Notes under the pieces: model-generated | Databases searched by the model: none | Told to the model about the DNA's origin: nothing | Seen by the model: the letters and a program-made list of their open reading frames with translations, nothing else | Translations under genes and position numbers: made by a program | IMG/VR virus record: IMGVR_UViG_3300043478_000062 | Location: 1 to 47,018 of that record | Length of the DNA stretch: 47,018 bases | Origin: a virus | Taxonomy: Duplodnaviria > Caudoviricetes | Reading direction: 5' to 3' (one strand) | Shown: positions 1 through 9,823 of the stretch, in pieces | Numbering within the stretch: position 1 is the stretch's first letter | How the letters are laid out: every line of letters begins with the position of its first letter

Positions 1-127
1 CCATTTGGTGTTTTTCAGGTGGGACGTGAACACGTCCGGGGTCCACTGCTCCGCAACGGCGGAGCCCAGGAGCTTCATCAGCTCCGGCTGGGACTTGAAG
101 AACGCGTAGGACATGCCGTACTCGTCC
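1..127. repeat. 127-bp terminal direct repeat, left copy (circular assembly overlap)
   Basis: Identical to 46892-47018; 127 matches a common assembler k-mer; falls inside a CDS. Confidence 0.95.
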
Positions 128-606
128 GCCAGGGTGCTGGCGGACAGCTTGACCTGGGGCGCGCCCAGCGAGCCGTAGGAGCCCGAACTGTCGCCCAGAC
201 CCTGGGCGGAGGCCCCGTCGACCCCGGCCATGCGCCGGCTGCCCATGAGCCGGTTCATGTAGTACGAATCCGACAGGGAACTGATCTTGACCACGTCGCC
301 CGTGTGGGGCGCGTGAATGAACTTGCCCCCGCCAATGTAGATGCCGACATGGTCGGCGCCCTTGTTGCCCGGCTCGGTGTCGAAAAACACCAGATCCCCG
401 GGCTGGAGCTTGTCCGTGGGCACCGAGAACCCGGCATTGATCTGGTCGTACGTGACCCGGGGGACCTTGATCCCGAAGGATGCGTACACGGCCTGGACCA
501 GGCCGGAGCAGTCCACGCCGGAGGACAGATTCGATCCGCCCCATTTGTACGAAACGCCCAGGGACTGCCTGGCCTTGCTGACGATATCGAACCCGGAGAC
601 CGGCAT
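1..606 (-). CDS. NlpC/P60 peptidoglycan endopeptidase virion protein, 5' part (continues at 46891..46181; 438 aa in total)
   Basis: Manual translation MPVSGFDIVSKARQSLGVSYKWGG...GVDCSGLVQ...LQPGDLVFF...DHVGIYIGGGKFIHAP has the NlpC/P60 DCSG and HVGIY motifs; ATG overlaps the upstream TGA; in frame with ORF 46181..47005. Confidence 0.9.
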   Translation of the reverse strand, partial: MPVSGFDIVSKARQSLGVSYKWGGSNLSSGVDCSGLVQAVYASFGIKVPRVTYDQINAGFSVPTDKLQPGDLVFFDTEPGNKGADHVGIYIGGGKFIHAPHTGDVVKISSLSDSYYMNRLMGSRRMAGVDGASAQGLGDSSGSYGSLGAPQVKLSASTLADEYGMSYAFFKSQPELMKLLGSAVAEQWTPDVFTSHLKNTKW

Positions 607-1475
607 CAGCCACCGCCTACCGCGCTGGTCAGCGCGTTCATGTAGGTGGTGGCCGCCTGAGTGGCCCCGTACTCCTTGGTCCTCTTGATCTCATCCGCAG
701 CCAGCTGCGCCTTCCCGTCGGCTGTCACGCCGCCGGCGGTCACCGTGGAGGAGTCGGTGGCCTCGCCCGTGGCCGGGTCAAACTGTGTGGTGGTCGTGGA
801 CATCGCCGGGTTCTGCGCCTCGCTCTGCGAGAGCGCGCTGGCGTACGCCTCGATCTCCCCCCGGCCGGGGTCCCGGCCCAGCAGATCCTGGAACAGCTTG
901 GTGGCGATCGCCCCGGCGGTCGCCGGGTCCGTCAGGTCCACCTGCTTCTGTGTGGTGGTCCTGGACTTCGGGCCGACATAGCGCTTCTCGCCAGTGGCCG
1001 GGTTGATCTCGAAGTTCCCGTTTTTGACCCAGCCCCCGGAGCTGTTGCCCTTGACGTACCCGGACAGGATGTCCAGCGGGCCCACCTGCTGGTCCTGAGC
1101 GCCGTACAGCGCCGCCTGCTTGGTCAGATTGGACCAGAGGCTGTACGCCTCCAGATCCCCGGCGCCCTGTGTGAGCAGGCCGGAAAGCAGGCCCTTGGCC
1201 CGGAAGTCGTCGCGCTGCTTCTGGGACCAGGTGAAGTACTGATTGGTGGCGTCGTCCATGGTCATCCAGTTGGGCACCACCCGGGAGGCGCCCGCCTCGC
1301 TCATGTACCGGGGATTGCCCTTCGGGCCCGTCATGCCCATAAAGACCCGGCCAGCACTGTTCCCGCCAGAGGCGCCGATCCCGGAGGCAAAATCCGAGAG
1401 CGCCTGCTGCTGGGCAGACGACAGGGCGCCCCCCGAAGGGGACGGGGAGGGCGTGCCGCCCTTGGTGATCACCAC
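606..1475 (-). CDS. putative internal virion/ejection protein (289 aa)
   Basis: Translationally coupled within the late operon; Ala/Gly/Thr-rich; function from position only. Confidence 0.7.
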   Translation of the reverse strand: MVITKGGTPSPSPSGGALSSAQQQALSDFASGIGASGGNSAGRVFMGMTGPKGNPRYMSEAGASRVVPNWMTMDDATNQYFTWSQKQRDDFRAKGLLSGLLTQGAGDLEAYSLWSNLTKQAALYGAQDQQVGPLDILSGYVKGNSSGGWVKNGNFEINPATGEKRYVGPKSRTTTQKQVDLTDPATAGAIATKLFQDLLGRDPGRGEIEAYASALSQSEAQNPAMSTTTTQFDPATGEATDSSTVTAGGVTADGKAQLAADEIKRTKEYGATQAATTYMNALTSAVGGG

Positions 1476-4400
1476 TACGCCTCCTGCGCCGGAATGCCGT
1501 CGTATCCCAGATCCCGCGCCAGATAGCGCGAGTGGAGATCCCCGAACGTCGTGTCGGACTCAATCAGCGAGTCCACGTACCTCTGCCAGACCTCCAGCAG
1601 ATCCGCGTTGGCCCTGGCCGTGATGACCCTGGAGCCGCCCGCCTTGCCGCGGTCGGCAAGCATCTGCACAAGGCCCTGACGGGCCCCCAGATAGCCCTGC
1701 AACACCTTCAGGTCACTGCGGTTCGCCTCGGCGGCCACCGGGCCGTTGGCGACCGCCTGGAGCCCCGGGATGAGCCGCTCGTACTTCAGCGGGTCCAGGG
1801 TGTTGTAGTCCTTGGACCACGCCTCGTTGTAGAACGGGTTCTCGCCGCCGGACGGCAGCACCGGAGAACCGAAGAGCTGCACCAGGGCCTGCTTCTGCGC
1901 CCTCAGGTCCTCCGCGCCGTCGTCCGCAAAGGACTTCAGGCCCCGGTTGCGCAGGGTGGCGTTGAGGCCGTTCATCACGGCCGAGAACTTCGACCAGCCC
2001 AGGCGGCGCTGGTTCTCCGCCAGCGCATCGGTGGCGGACATCTTGGTTCGCTGCATCTCCGCCCCGCCGGGCGTGACCGGCGTGTTCAGCTGGTAGGAGT
2101 ACGCCTCCGGCGAGAAGGGCCCGTTGCCCTCCGGGCCCACGACCAGAGCCCCCAGCTCCGGGTTTTCGGCGATGAGATCGCCGTACTTCTTCTGGAGTTC
2201 TACGGCCTTGGTGGTGGCCGGGATGCCGCTGACGTTCCTGGACTGGGACTGGGCGAAGATGAAATAGCTCTCCGCGTACCGGGCCAGGAACTCATCGTCC
2301 GCGCTGAGCGGGTTCTCCCGGCGCAGCGCGTTGTACTGGTCCCGGAAGAACTGGTAGTTGTCCGCCTTCTGGGTGGCCATCGGCTGAAGGAAGGCCGAGG
2401 CGGCACTGAACTGCCAGTACTGCCTGGTCATGGCGGAGATCTGTTTCGCCGAGGGCATCGGCTTGCCCAGCTGGTCATGCTCGAACGCGGCACGCTGCAT
2501 GATCTGCATCTTCACGTCCTGGTACCGGCTGTCCGAGGTGTCGTACGCGGTCAGGAAGTTCTTGATCGTGGACGGCGCGAAGAACGACAGCGCCTCACCG
2601 ACCGGGCCGGAGCCGAAGGCCCCGCCGTTCTGCGGCCCGAAGGGCAGGATGCCCAGATGCCGGGCCAGTTCCGCCTGCTTCGGCTTGTCCTTGACGAGAT
2701 GGTTCACCGGGATCTGGACGATCGGGCCGACCCCGGGATGGAACCAGGGGTCGCCCTGGGTCACCAGGTCCATGCTGTTCTGGGACAGCCTGAAGTTCCT
2801 CGAAGACGGCTCCGCGCCGAAGGCCAGGGCGAAGGGGCTGCGCTTGCCCCCGGTAGTGTGCAGCAGCCACCTGGGCATCCGCCCCACGATGTACCGCTCC
2901 GACTTCGGCACCAGGCGCCTGACGGACTTGCCCGTGGCCGAGTCGATCGTGTACGAGTACCCGCCCCGGGTGACGTGGTTGCCGTCGGCATCCTGCATGG
3001 AGCCCTTGGCGATGGGGGCGTTGAAGAAGTTGCTGGCGTAGCCCACGACCTGGGGCCGGTCCGCGATGATCCGGCCCCAGCGCTGAAACGCCTCCGTGGT
3101 CGCCGCCATGAACGGCGACACCAGCCGCAGGGCGGCGGCCGCATCACTCTTGTGGGCAATGTCGAAGACCAGCTTCCTGGTGTCCCGCAGCGCCAGACGG
3201 CGCGCGGTGGTGGCCATCCGCTCCACGCCTTCGGCCGTGGTGTCGTACGCGCCCTGCTTCCTGAGCTGGCTCGCAAGGGTCTGAAGGTGGTCTTCGTACA
3301 TCTGGTTGAACAGCGGATGCCGCGACCAGCGGTCGGCCGGCTGGGAGGCGGCCCACTTGTACCAGCCGCCCATGATCTCGCTCATGGCGCCCTGGAACCG
3401 GCCCTGGCTCAAGCCGACCTGGCCCGTGTGCACATCCGGGCGGTGCGTCATCGGCATGGAGTCCTTCAAGAACTCCGGCGTCACACCGGAGGGCTCCAGG
3501 GCCTTCATCCGGATTTCCGGTGTCGGCAGGTACTCCGCCACCTCGTGCCAGGCGCGATTGGCCAGATCCTCCGGATCGGCAATCACCCGGTTGGCCGTCC
3601 CGGCGCTGGATGCACCGGGCGTCAGCCCGATCCGGCGCTGGTACTGGCGGCCTTCGGCCGTCGAGGTCAGCCACTTGGTCATGCCCTCGGGGCTGGCGCC
3701 CCGCACGGCCTGCGCGGCCAGCGGGTCCTGCATGATCTGGGCGTTGATCGCATGTGCCCAGGAGGTCGCATGCAGCGCTTCGTCCTGGGCGGGAGAGATC
3801 GCCTTGCCGCCGTGGTCGAAGGACCGCATCAGGTGGCCGTGGATCAGGCGTTTGTTCGTCATGAAGATCTGCCCGATCGATTCGTCCGAAGAGATCGCCT
3901 TCAGGAAGTAGCCGCCCTCCTTGCCTTCGAGCGCGGCGGGGGCGTACACCCCGTTGCCCAGATGCACGCGCTGACTTCCCTGGATCACCTTCGGTGCATT
4001 GACCTTCGCCAGGGCCTCGTCCATCTGCTGCTGCGAAGCAGCGCGCTCCTGGTCCAGCCAGGCGTGATGCGCCTGGAGATCCTGGAGCTTGATGTTCTTC
4101 GCACCCACTCCGGTCGACATCGACCGGGACGCACGGTCCACCGCCAGCTGATGCTTGGCGATGTTCGCGTCCATGGCCGCCACCTTGGCGGCCGGAGCGT
4201 CCGGCGGCAGTGCCGCCCGCAGCTCCCGCGCCGTGGCCAGCTTGCGGCCGGAGGCCGTCAGATAGGAGCGTGTTACCGCCCTGCGGCCTTCGACCTGCGC
4301 CTGAAGAGACTTGATCCGCTCCTGGAGCTCGCCCATCTTCGCCGTGGCGAACTCCACGCCCTGCCCGGCTGCGGAGGCCTGGGCCGCAGCCCAGGGGCGA

Positions 4401-6634
4401 CCGCCCCTCAGGGCAATGTTCGTGGCGCCGTTGCGCACGCCCCACATAATGCGCAGCGCCATGCTGGCTGCGCCCAGGCGGGCCATCTGGCCCGCCAGGT
4501 CATCCCCCGCCACCCGGGGGATGTATCCCAGGCGGAACAGCGTGCCGAACTTGAACAGGCTGTTCATCTGGTCCATCCGGTCCAGAATCCAGTCCGGATT
4601 CCCCAGCTTGGATGCCCGGATCGCCTTCAGTGAGCTGGCGTTGCGCGCCAGCACCTTGTCCATCTGGTCCAGATCCTGGAACACATGACTGCTCGCCAGC
4701 TTGGTGACCAGGTTCGGATGCAGCACCAGCTTGCCGCCGTCGGAGGCGAACTCATCCACATGGATGGCCGCCATGCTGCCGTCCGGCAGCTGGATCGGCA
4801 TCCGGGCGGCGGAGTACCGTTTCATGTTGTCGATTTCGCCGGCCTGGCTGGACAGGTGCTGCTTGTAGATGTCCAGACCCGCCTGGGGGTCCAGGCCGTG
4901 CTTCTCGGCCATCTTCGCGGCGCCCGTAGCGCCGATGGACTTCAGCAGCGCCAAGCGCTCCGGCTCCGAGGTCGTCCTCAGGTACTCGTTGAGCATGTTC
5001 AGCCGGGCCTCGTTCGAGATCCCGGGAATGCGGGCTATCTGCCCGCGCAGCTCGGCCACCGAATCCTTGTCGATGTCATCGATGCGCATGAACCCGTTGG
5101 GGCGCGCGTTGGCGAAGGACCGGACGACCGTCACGGGCGTGGAGAAGAAGTCCCCCGCGCCGTACAGGCGCGTCTTGACGAAGCCGCTGGCGAACGGCAT
5201 CACCGCATCGGCGGCCATCCTCCCTGCGCGGCCTGCCTCTTGCGCCGTTCTCCCCGCCGCCAGGGCATCCCGGGTCGCCTTGGTGCGCGCGCGCTCCGCG
5301 TCGGGCGCCAGCTTTGCCCGCGTCGCCTTCAGGGGCTCCGGCAGATTCGCCAGCTCATGCCCCGCCCTGGCCCCCCGGGCCGCCCTGGCCCGGTAGGCCG
5401 CCTGTGCGTCCGTGGCGGCCTGCGCCTTGGCGAAAGACCAGCGGGACAAGTTCACCTGGTCCAGCTCGCCGGAGTGGTCCAGTATCTGGCTGTACCGGGT
5501 CACCAGGGAGTCATCGGCGTTGACCCGGGCGTCGATGCTCTTCATCGCCTGGCGGGCCAGGGCCGCATACTGCGACGCCCGGCCTGTGCCGCGGGCGTCA
5601 AAGCGGGTCGCCATCAGATCCAGGGCCGCTACGCGGCTGGTGTCCTGCTCAAGCCGGGACGCCGCCAGGGCGTTCTGGCTCTGGAGCTTCTGCGCGGCGC
5701 CCACGTCCCCGAGGCCGACGCGCAGGAACGCGTGGACCTCCTCCGGAGTCTGGAGCAGTGAGGCGATGGCGCCGAATCTCGGACCCAGGGCGCTGTTCTT
5801 TGCCATAGCCAGGTTGTTCAGGAGCTGCGGGTTGTCCTTGTTGGCGTAGATGAAGTCCACGGCCTTGCCCATCGTGGACTTTTCCATGATCGAGTCAATG
5901 TCCTGCGGAGACCAGCCGCCCTTCGGCCGTCTGATCACCTGCCGGGCGGCCCGTTCGCCGGAGATAACTTTGCCCGCGAGGACCACCGGATCCCCCCACC
6001 AGCGCAGGGCAAGGTCACCCACGCCAGAGGCGTTCTTGAAGAACTTGCTGCTCTGGCGCAGCTCGTTGATATAGGCGTTGCCCGTGGCGGGCATGCCCGC
6101 CTTCCTCAGAAAGTCCTGCTGCTGGTCCTCGGGCAGTTGGTCGAAGCCGGGCGGCAGGTAGGCCGAGCCCGGCTTGTAGTACGCCAGCGGGGAGTTGACC
6201 GCCTTCTGTGTCGAGGACTTGCCGGACGGGTCCTGGCCGTAGAAGTTGCTCCCCAGGAACAGCGCCTGGCCCGGGGAGATGTGGTTCGCCGCGTGCCACG
6301 CCGTGGCCCAGTTGTGCGCGCTGAGCGGGCCGCCCTTCAGTTCGCCCGCCATAAGGGTGGTCGATATCGGCTGACTGACGCCGTTGTCGTAAAGCCAGAG
6401 CAGCACCCGGGAGGCGTTCTCTACCTGGTGGTTGACTGCCCTGTCGATCGGGGACATGCCCCTGCTGGTGCCGTCCGGACCCGTGATTGAGTACGTGCTG
6501 CTGACGGGGCTGTACTTCACCCCGTCCGGCACGATGGAAACATTGGAGTTCCACCAGTTCACGCCGGTCATGACACCGTGGCCGGCGCTCTTGGCTACAT
6601 CGCCGACCTCCTTAAAGAAGGAGCCCAGACCCAC
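1475..6634 (-). CDS. very large virion protein (1719 aa), probable DNA ejection/internal core protein
   Basis: Largest ORF, Ala-rich, between the portal and PG-hydrolase virion genes; no siphovirus tail tube or chaperone genes recognised. Confidence 0.7.
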   Translation of the reverse strand: MGLGSFFKEVGDVAKSAGHGVMTGVNWWNSNVSIVPDGVKYSPVSSTYSITGPDGTSRGMSPIDRAVNHQVENASRVLLWLYDNGVSQPISTTLMAGELKGGPLSAHNWATAWHAANHISPGQALFLGSNFYGQDPSGKSSTQKAVNSPLAYYKPGSAYLPPGFDQLPEDQQQDFLRKAGMPATGNAYINELRQSSKFFKNASGVGDLALRWWGDPVVLAGKVISGERAARQVIRRPKGGWSPQDIDSIMEKSTMGKAVDFIYANKDNPQLLNNLAMAKNSALGPRFGAIASLLQTPEEVHAFLRVGLGDVGAAQKLQSQNALAASRLEQDTSRVAALDLMATRFDARGTGRASQYAALARQAMKSIDARVNADDSLVTRYSQILDHSGELDQVNLSRWSFAKAQAATDAQAAYRARAARGARAGHELANLPEPLKATRAKLAPDAERARTKATRDALAAGRTAQEAGRAGRMAADAVMPFASGFVKTRLYGAGDFFSTPVTVVRSFANARPNGFMRIDDIDKDSVAELRGQIARIPGISNEARLNMLNEYLRTTSEPERLALLKSIGATGAAKMAEKHGLDPQAGLDIYKQHLSSQAGEIDNMKRYSAARMPIQLPDGSMAAIHVDEFASDGGKLVLHPNLVTKLASSHVFQDLDQMDKVLARNASSLKAIRASKLGNPDWILDRMDQMNSLFKFGTLFRLGYIPRVAGDDLAGQMARLGAASMALRIMWGVRNGATNIALRGGRPWAAAQASAAGQGVEFATAKMGELQERIKSLQAQVEGRRAVTRSYLTASGRKLATARELRAALPPDAPAAKVAAMDANIAKHQLAVDRASRSMSTGVGAKNIKLQDLQAHHAWLDQERAASQQQMDEALAKVNAPKVIQGSQRVHLGNGVYAPAALEGKEGGYFLKAISSDESIGQIFMTNKRLIHGHLMRSFDHGGKAISPAQDEALHATSWAHAINAQIMQDPLAAQAVRGASPEGMTKWLTSTAEGRQYQRRIGLTPGASSAGTANRVIADPEDLANRAWHEVAEYLPTPEIRMKALEPSGVTPEFLKDSMPMTHRPDVHTGQVGLSQGRFQGAMSEIMGGWYKWAASQPADRWSRHPLFNQMYEDHLQTLASQLRKQGAYDTTAEGVERMATTARRLALRDTRKLVFDIAHKSDAAAALRLVSPFMAATTEAFQRWGRIIADRPQVVGYASNFFNAPIAKGSMQDADGNHVTRGGYSYTIDSATGKSVRRLVPKSERYIVGRMPRWLLHTTGGKRSPFALAFGAEPSSRNFRLSQNSMDLVTQGDPWFHPGVGPIVQIPVNHLVKDKPKQAELARHLGILPFGPQNGGAFGSGPVGEALSFFAPSTIKNFLTAYDTSDSRYQDVKMQIMQRAAFEHDQLGKPMPSAKQISAMTRQYWQFSAASAFLQPMATQKADNYQFFRDQYNALRRENPLSADDEFLARYAESYFIFAQSQSRNVSGIPATTKAVELQKKYGDLIAENPELGALVVGPEGNGPFSPEAYSYQLNTPVTPGGAEMQRTKMSATDALAENQRRLGWSKFSAVMNGLNATLRNRGLKSFADDGAEDLRAQKQALVQLFGSPVLPSGGENPFYNEAWSKDYNTLDPLKYERLIPGLQAVANGPVAAEANRSDLKVLQGYLGARQGLVQMLADRGKAGGSRVITARANADLLEVWQRYVDSLIESDTTFGDLHSRYLARDLGYDGIPAQEA

Positions 6635-6635
6635 G

Positions 6636-6818
6636 TCAGCCCCCCAGCGTCTGAGTGTCCGCCGGGTACACGTCGATGTTCGCGGAGGTGTTCTGGAGGG
6701 CGTACGCCATGTGATACGCCAGATCGCCCTGCGGGCCGTTCACGGCCATATCGTGCGCAAGCGCCGGAGTTTGATTGAAGAACTGGTACATGGCGCCCAG
6801 CCGGTCAGCCCATTCCAT
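6636..6818 (-). CDS. hypothetical late protein (60 aa)
   Basis: Coupled to neighbours; GA-rich RBS. Confidence 0.65.
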   Translation of the reverse strand: MEWADRLGAMYQFFNQTPALAHDMAVNGPQGDLAYHMAYALQNTSANIDVYPADTQTLGG

Positions 6819-7291
6819 CAGCCAGCCCTCCCCTTGAGATCGCGCACCAGGTTGCGCATGGCCGCGCTGGCGCCCGGAATGTTGGCCATGTGCTCGTACA
6901 CCGGCAGGTACCTCAGCTGGGACTGCAAGTCCTGGTCCTGCTGGACCGGGACACCCAGGGCCTCCGGCCCGGCTCCGGGGCCCGTGGCGGCCCCGTCCGT
7001 GACCGGAGTGCCCGGCTGCTGCGTGGGGGCGTTGAACGCCGGACCCGTGGGCAGGGCCAGCCCGGCCAGAAGGCCGGGGGCCGGGGCGTCGCCGCCCGCA
7101 GAGGCGGCCATCGCGGCGCCCTGCTGGTCGCCGCGCAGCTGTGTGGCGTCGCCGTAGGCGCCGCCCGTGGGGACACGGATCGGCTGCCGGGCAGCCCCCG
7201 GGCCGCCGTCAACGCGCTTACTCAGGCTCCCCGGCCCGGAGACCGGGGCGGGGGAGCCGGGAGTCCGTGGACCCCCGTGGCCGTTGGCCAT
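6818..7291 (-). CDS. Gly/Pro/Ala-rich late protein (157 aa)
   Basis: Strong RBS (AGGAGGAG); late operon context. Confidence 0.75.
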   Translation of the reverse strand: MANGHGGPRTPGSPAPVSGPGSLSKRVDGGPGAARQPIRVPTGGAYGDATQLRGDQQGAAMAASAGGDAPAPGLLAGLALPTGPAFNAPTQQPGTPVTDGAATGPGAGPEALGVPVQQDQDLQSQLRYLPVYEHMANIPGASAAMRNLVRDLKGRAG

Positions 7292-7300
7292 TCACTCCTC

Positions 7301-7435
7301 CTACTGCTCGGGTTCGACGTTCACCACTTCGGAATTGGCGTACAACTCGGCCTCTACGAGGCCGGGGTCCTCGCCTGCGGCCACTCGCTCAAGAGCGGCA
7401 CGGAACGCCACGTCTTCGATCGACCACCAGGCCAT
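7301..7435 (-). CDS. small hypothetical protein (44 aa, MAWWSIEDVAFRAALERV...)
   Basis: Not in the ORF track; read manually; RBS AAGGGGAG; fills the intergenic gap. Confidence 0.65.
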   Translation of the reverse strand: MAWWSIEDVAFRAALERVAAGEDPGLVEAELYANSEVVNVEPEQ

Positions 7436-7477
7436 CGCTCCCCCTTGCCTTTTTCGGTGAACGCCGGAAAAGCCTGG

Positions 7478-7714
7478 TCAGTGGGCTTCGTTCTTGTCGT
7501 TGTTCGGGGTCGGCGGCGGAGTTGCGCCCAGCGAGGTGCTGTTCCAGCTCTGCTGGATGTTCTCCGCCGCCGCGGAACGCGGATTGGTCATCGCCTCGGA
7601 GGTCATCGGCATCTGGGTGGGCGGGCCCTGCATGCCGCCCTGGAGGTGGGCCAGGGGCTGGCTGGCGCCCTCGTGATACGGGTCGCCGGGCCATGCGGTG
7701 TCGGACACGGTCAT
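7478..7714 (-). CDS. hypothetical late protein (78 aa, MTVSDTAWPGD...)
   Basis: ATG overlaps the upstream TGA; 3' part of track ORF 7478..7909. Confidence 0.65.
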   Translation of the reverse strand: MTVSDTAWPGDPYHEGASQPLAHLQGGMQGPPTQMPMTSEAMTNPRSAAAENIQQSWNSTSLGATPPPTPNNDKNEAH

Positions 7715-7956
7715 CACTTCCTGCTCTTGGGGTCGCTGTGCTCTTTGCAGTACATGGGCGCACGGCCTTTGCCCTTCGGGCGCCGGGCGTTCGCGCAGTC
7801 GCCGAAGGCGCACTGCCCGGCCTTCTCGACGAGTTCGGCCATGTGCTCCTCGGGATCGGGAGCGTCGGGCCGCCGATGCAGCTCGAAGAACTGGGGCGCC
7901 TCCGCGCATCCCAGGTGGTGGCCGTCATCCCGGCCGCAGGTCTCGCAGTTGCTCAT
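7714..7956 (-). CDS. small Cys/His-rich putative zinc-binding protein (80 aa)
   Basis: CETC...H..C and CAFGDC...YCKEH motifs; ATGA overlap with the portal stop. Confidence 0.7.
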   Translation of the reverse strand: MSNCETCGRDDGHHLGCAEAPQFFELHRRPDAPDPEEHMAELVEKAGQCAFGDCANARRPKGKGRAPMYCKEHSDPKSRK

Positions 7957-9770
7957 GCCGGGACACTTCGCTTCACAGAGGCGGACAGATTCGGGCTGCC
8001 GCCGGACCCAAGTCCGGCCAGGAGGCTCATCAGATCCGGCTTGCCGCCCGGACCCATCCCGGCCTGGCCGGGGGCGACGCCCATGGGGGCACCCGTGGTC
8101 GGATTCTGGCCCTGGAGCGCCCCGGGCGAGCCCTCACTCCCCGGGGCGCCGGGGCCCCCGCCCGCCGGGGACGGCGGCGGCGGAGGGGTCTGGAAGGTCT
8201 GGAGGATCGCCTCATGGATCGGGACGCCCTTCTCGCGAAGGGCGATGATCTGGGCGCTGTTGCGCAGGATCTGGGTCGGGTCCATGCCCTGCTGGGCCAT
8301 GATCCCGATCGAGGACAGTTCGGCAAAAAGGCCCTGCTTCAGGGCATCCGTGATCTGCTCGTTGTCAATCTGGATCTGGAGCTGGCTCACGTCCACGTCC
8401 ATGGGCAGCTGCCGCTGGACGAAGTCCCGGGGAACCAGCTGGTCCCCGCGGAGCTGGAGCAGGAAGACCAGGGCCTGGTTCGGATTCATTCCGCTGGCGA
8501 ACCCGTACGTCACGGAGACCTTGAAGTCTCCGTGGATGTCCTTGGCCGGAGTGTAGGTCTGCTGGAACGGCGTTCCGTTGATCACGCCGGACACGGTCTT
8601 GGTGCTGTCCGGCCAGAACTTCTCATCCATCTCGAAGGCCAGCATCAGCGCCTGCTCCAGGCCGTGACCGATCACGGTCTGGCCGGTGGCTATCTGGATG
8701 TCATAGCCGCCGTTCAGGGCGTTGACGCCCTGCCCGGTGATGATGGACGCCTGTACATCGCCCGTGGCGCTGGCCGGGGTGCGGGTCCCCCGCATCACCT
8801 CATCGGCCAGCATCTGCTCCTGCTGGAATGCGGCCGTGGGAATATCGGTACCCACGCGCCGGATCTTCTCCGGGGAGTTGGTCCGCAGGACCGCATTGTC
8901 GCCGAAGCTGATCTTCTGGACATCCGTCGGCACGGCCAGGGGGGCCCGTACCGTCTGGTTGGTGGCCTCCAGGGCCAGCATGGCCATGCGGGCCCGTGCC
9001 AGGTGCGGGTAGATCACGTCATCGAACTGACCGCGGTCCTGCTCATCAAAGGACGGCTTGACCGCCACGGCCACCGGGCACTTGCCGAACAGGTTCGGCG
9101 TCTCGGCCAGGACCGCGTTCTTGCGCTCCGGCATGTACAGGAGCTGCACATCCTTGTCGAGATACTTCACGACCTCGATCAGCGCATCATCCGAGGTGAT
9201 GCGCTGGCCGGCCCAGTTGCGCTCAAAGATCCGGTCCGCGGCGTCAGGGAACTTGGCCGCCAGCTCATGGGCCTTCTCCCGGTACACCCGGGCGTAGCAG
9301 ATGACCCGGCCCCACAAATCGAACTGGGGATAGCTCCCCTTGGGGTTGTCGAACCGGATCTTCGGCTTGCCGTCCTTGAAATCGGGCTCCACGACCATGG
9401 GCAGAGATCCGTAGGTCACGTACCAGTCGCAGCCCGTGGGCATGCGCGCCTTGAGCTGGGAGTCGATGACGTAGGAGTACGCGACCTTCGTCTTCCTGGC
9501 CACGAACCGCTTGGCGCGGTCCGAGGTCGTGATCCCGGAAGCGCAGTTGATCGAGGGAAGCGGGGCCAGATTCTCCGCGAGCTGCCTCGCAGAGGTGTCG
9601 ATCGTGTTGGCCACGATCGGCTTGGGCCAGGCGTCCGGCAGAGAGCCGGGCTGAACCCGGTCTATCTTGTTGGCCCGTACGTCATACACGGTCTGGTGCC
9701 GCGTGTCGCGCTCGGAGTGGTCAGCGCGAAGCGCTGTCACCCTGCGGGTGATCTGATCCATGCTGGCCAT
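7953..9770 (-). CDS. portal protein
   Basis: About 605 aa, downstream of terminase, Pro/Gly-rich C-tail typical of podovirus-type portals; start chosen at the ATG with GGGAGG RBS (track start 9788). Confidence 0.85.
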   Translation of the reverse strand: MASMDQITRRVTALRADHSERDTRHQTVYDVRANKIDRVQPGSLPDAWPKPIVANTIDTSARQLAENLAPLPSINCASGITTSDRAKRFVARKTKVAYSYVIDSQLKARMPTGCDWYVTYGSLPMVVEPDFKDGKPKIRFDNPKGSYPQFDLWGRVICYARVYREKAHELAAKFPDAADRIFERNWAGQRITSDDALIEVVKYLDKDVQLLYMPERKNAVLAETPNLFGKCPVAVAVKPSFDEQDRGQFDDVIYPHLARARMAMLALEATNQTVRAPLAVPTDVQKISFGDNAVLRTNSPEKIRRVGTDIPTAAFQQEQMLADEVMRGTRTPASATGDVQASIITGQGVNALNGGYDIQIATGQTVIGHGLEQALMLAFEMDEKFWPDSTKTVSGVINGTPFQQTYTPAKDIHGDFKVSVTYGFASGMNPNQALVFLLQLRGDQLVPRDFVQRQLPMDVDVSQLQIQIDNEQITDALKQGLFAELSSIGIMAQQGMDPTQILRNSAQIIALREKGVPIHEAILQTFQTPPPPPSPAGGGPGAPGSEGSPGALQGQNPTTGAPMGVAPGQAGMGPGGKPDLMSLLAGLGSGGSPNLSASVKRSVPA

Positions 9771-9823
9771 TGGCACCTCCCTCGCCATATACGATACGGC
9801 CTCGTTCCGTATATGCCCGTCTG

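Noticed and set aside
1-127. Terminal repeat as a biological direct terminal repeat
   Set aside because: Exactly 127 bp and inside a coding sequence; best explained as assembler overlap of a circular contig
9786-9815. CATATACG/CGTATATG inverted repeat before the portal gene as a recurring operator
   Set aside because: Single occurrence; may be a local hairpin or promoter but cannot be supported further
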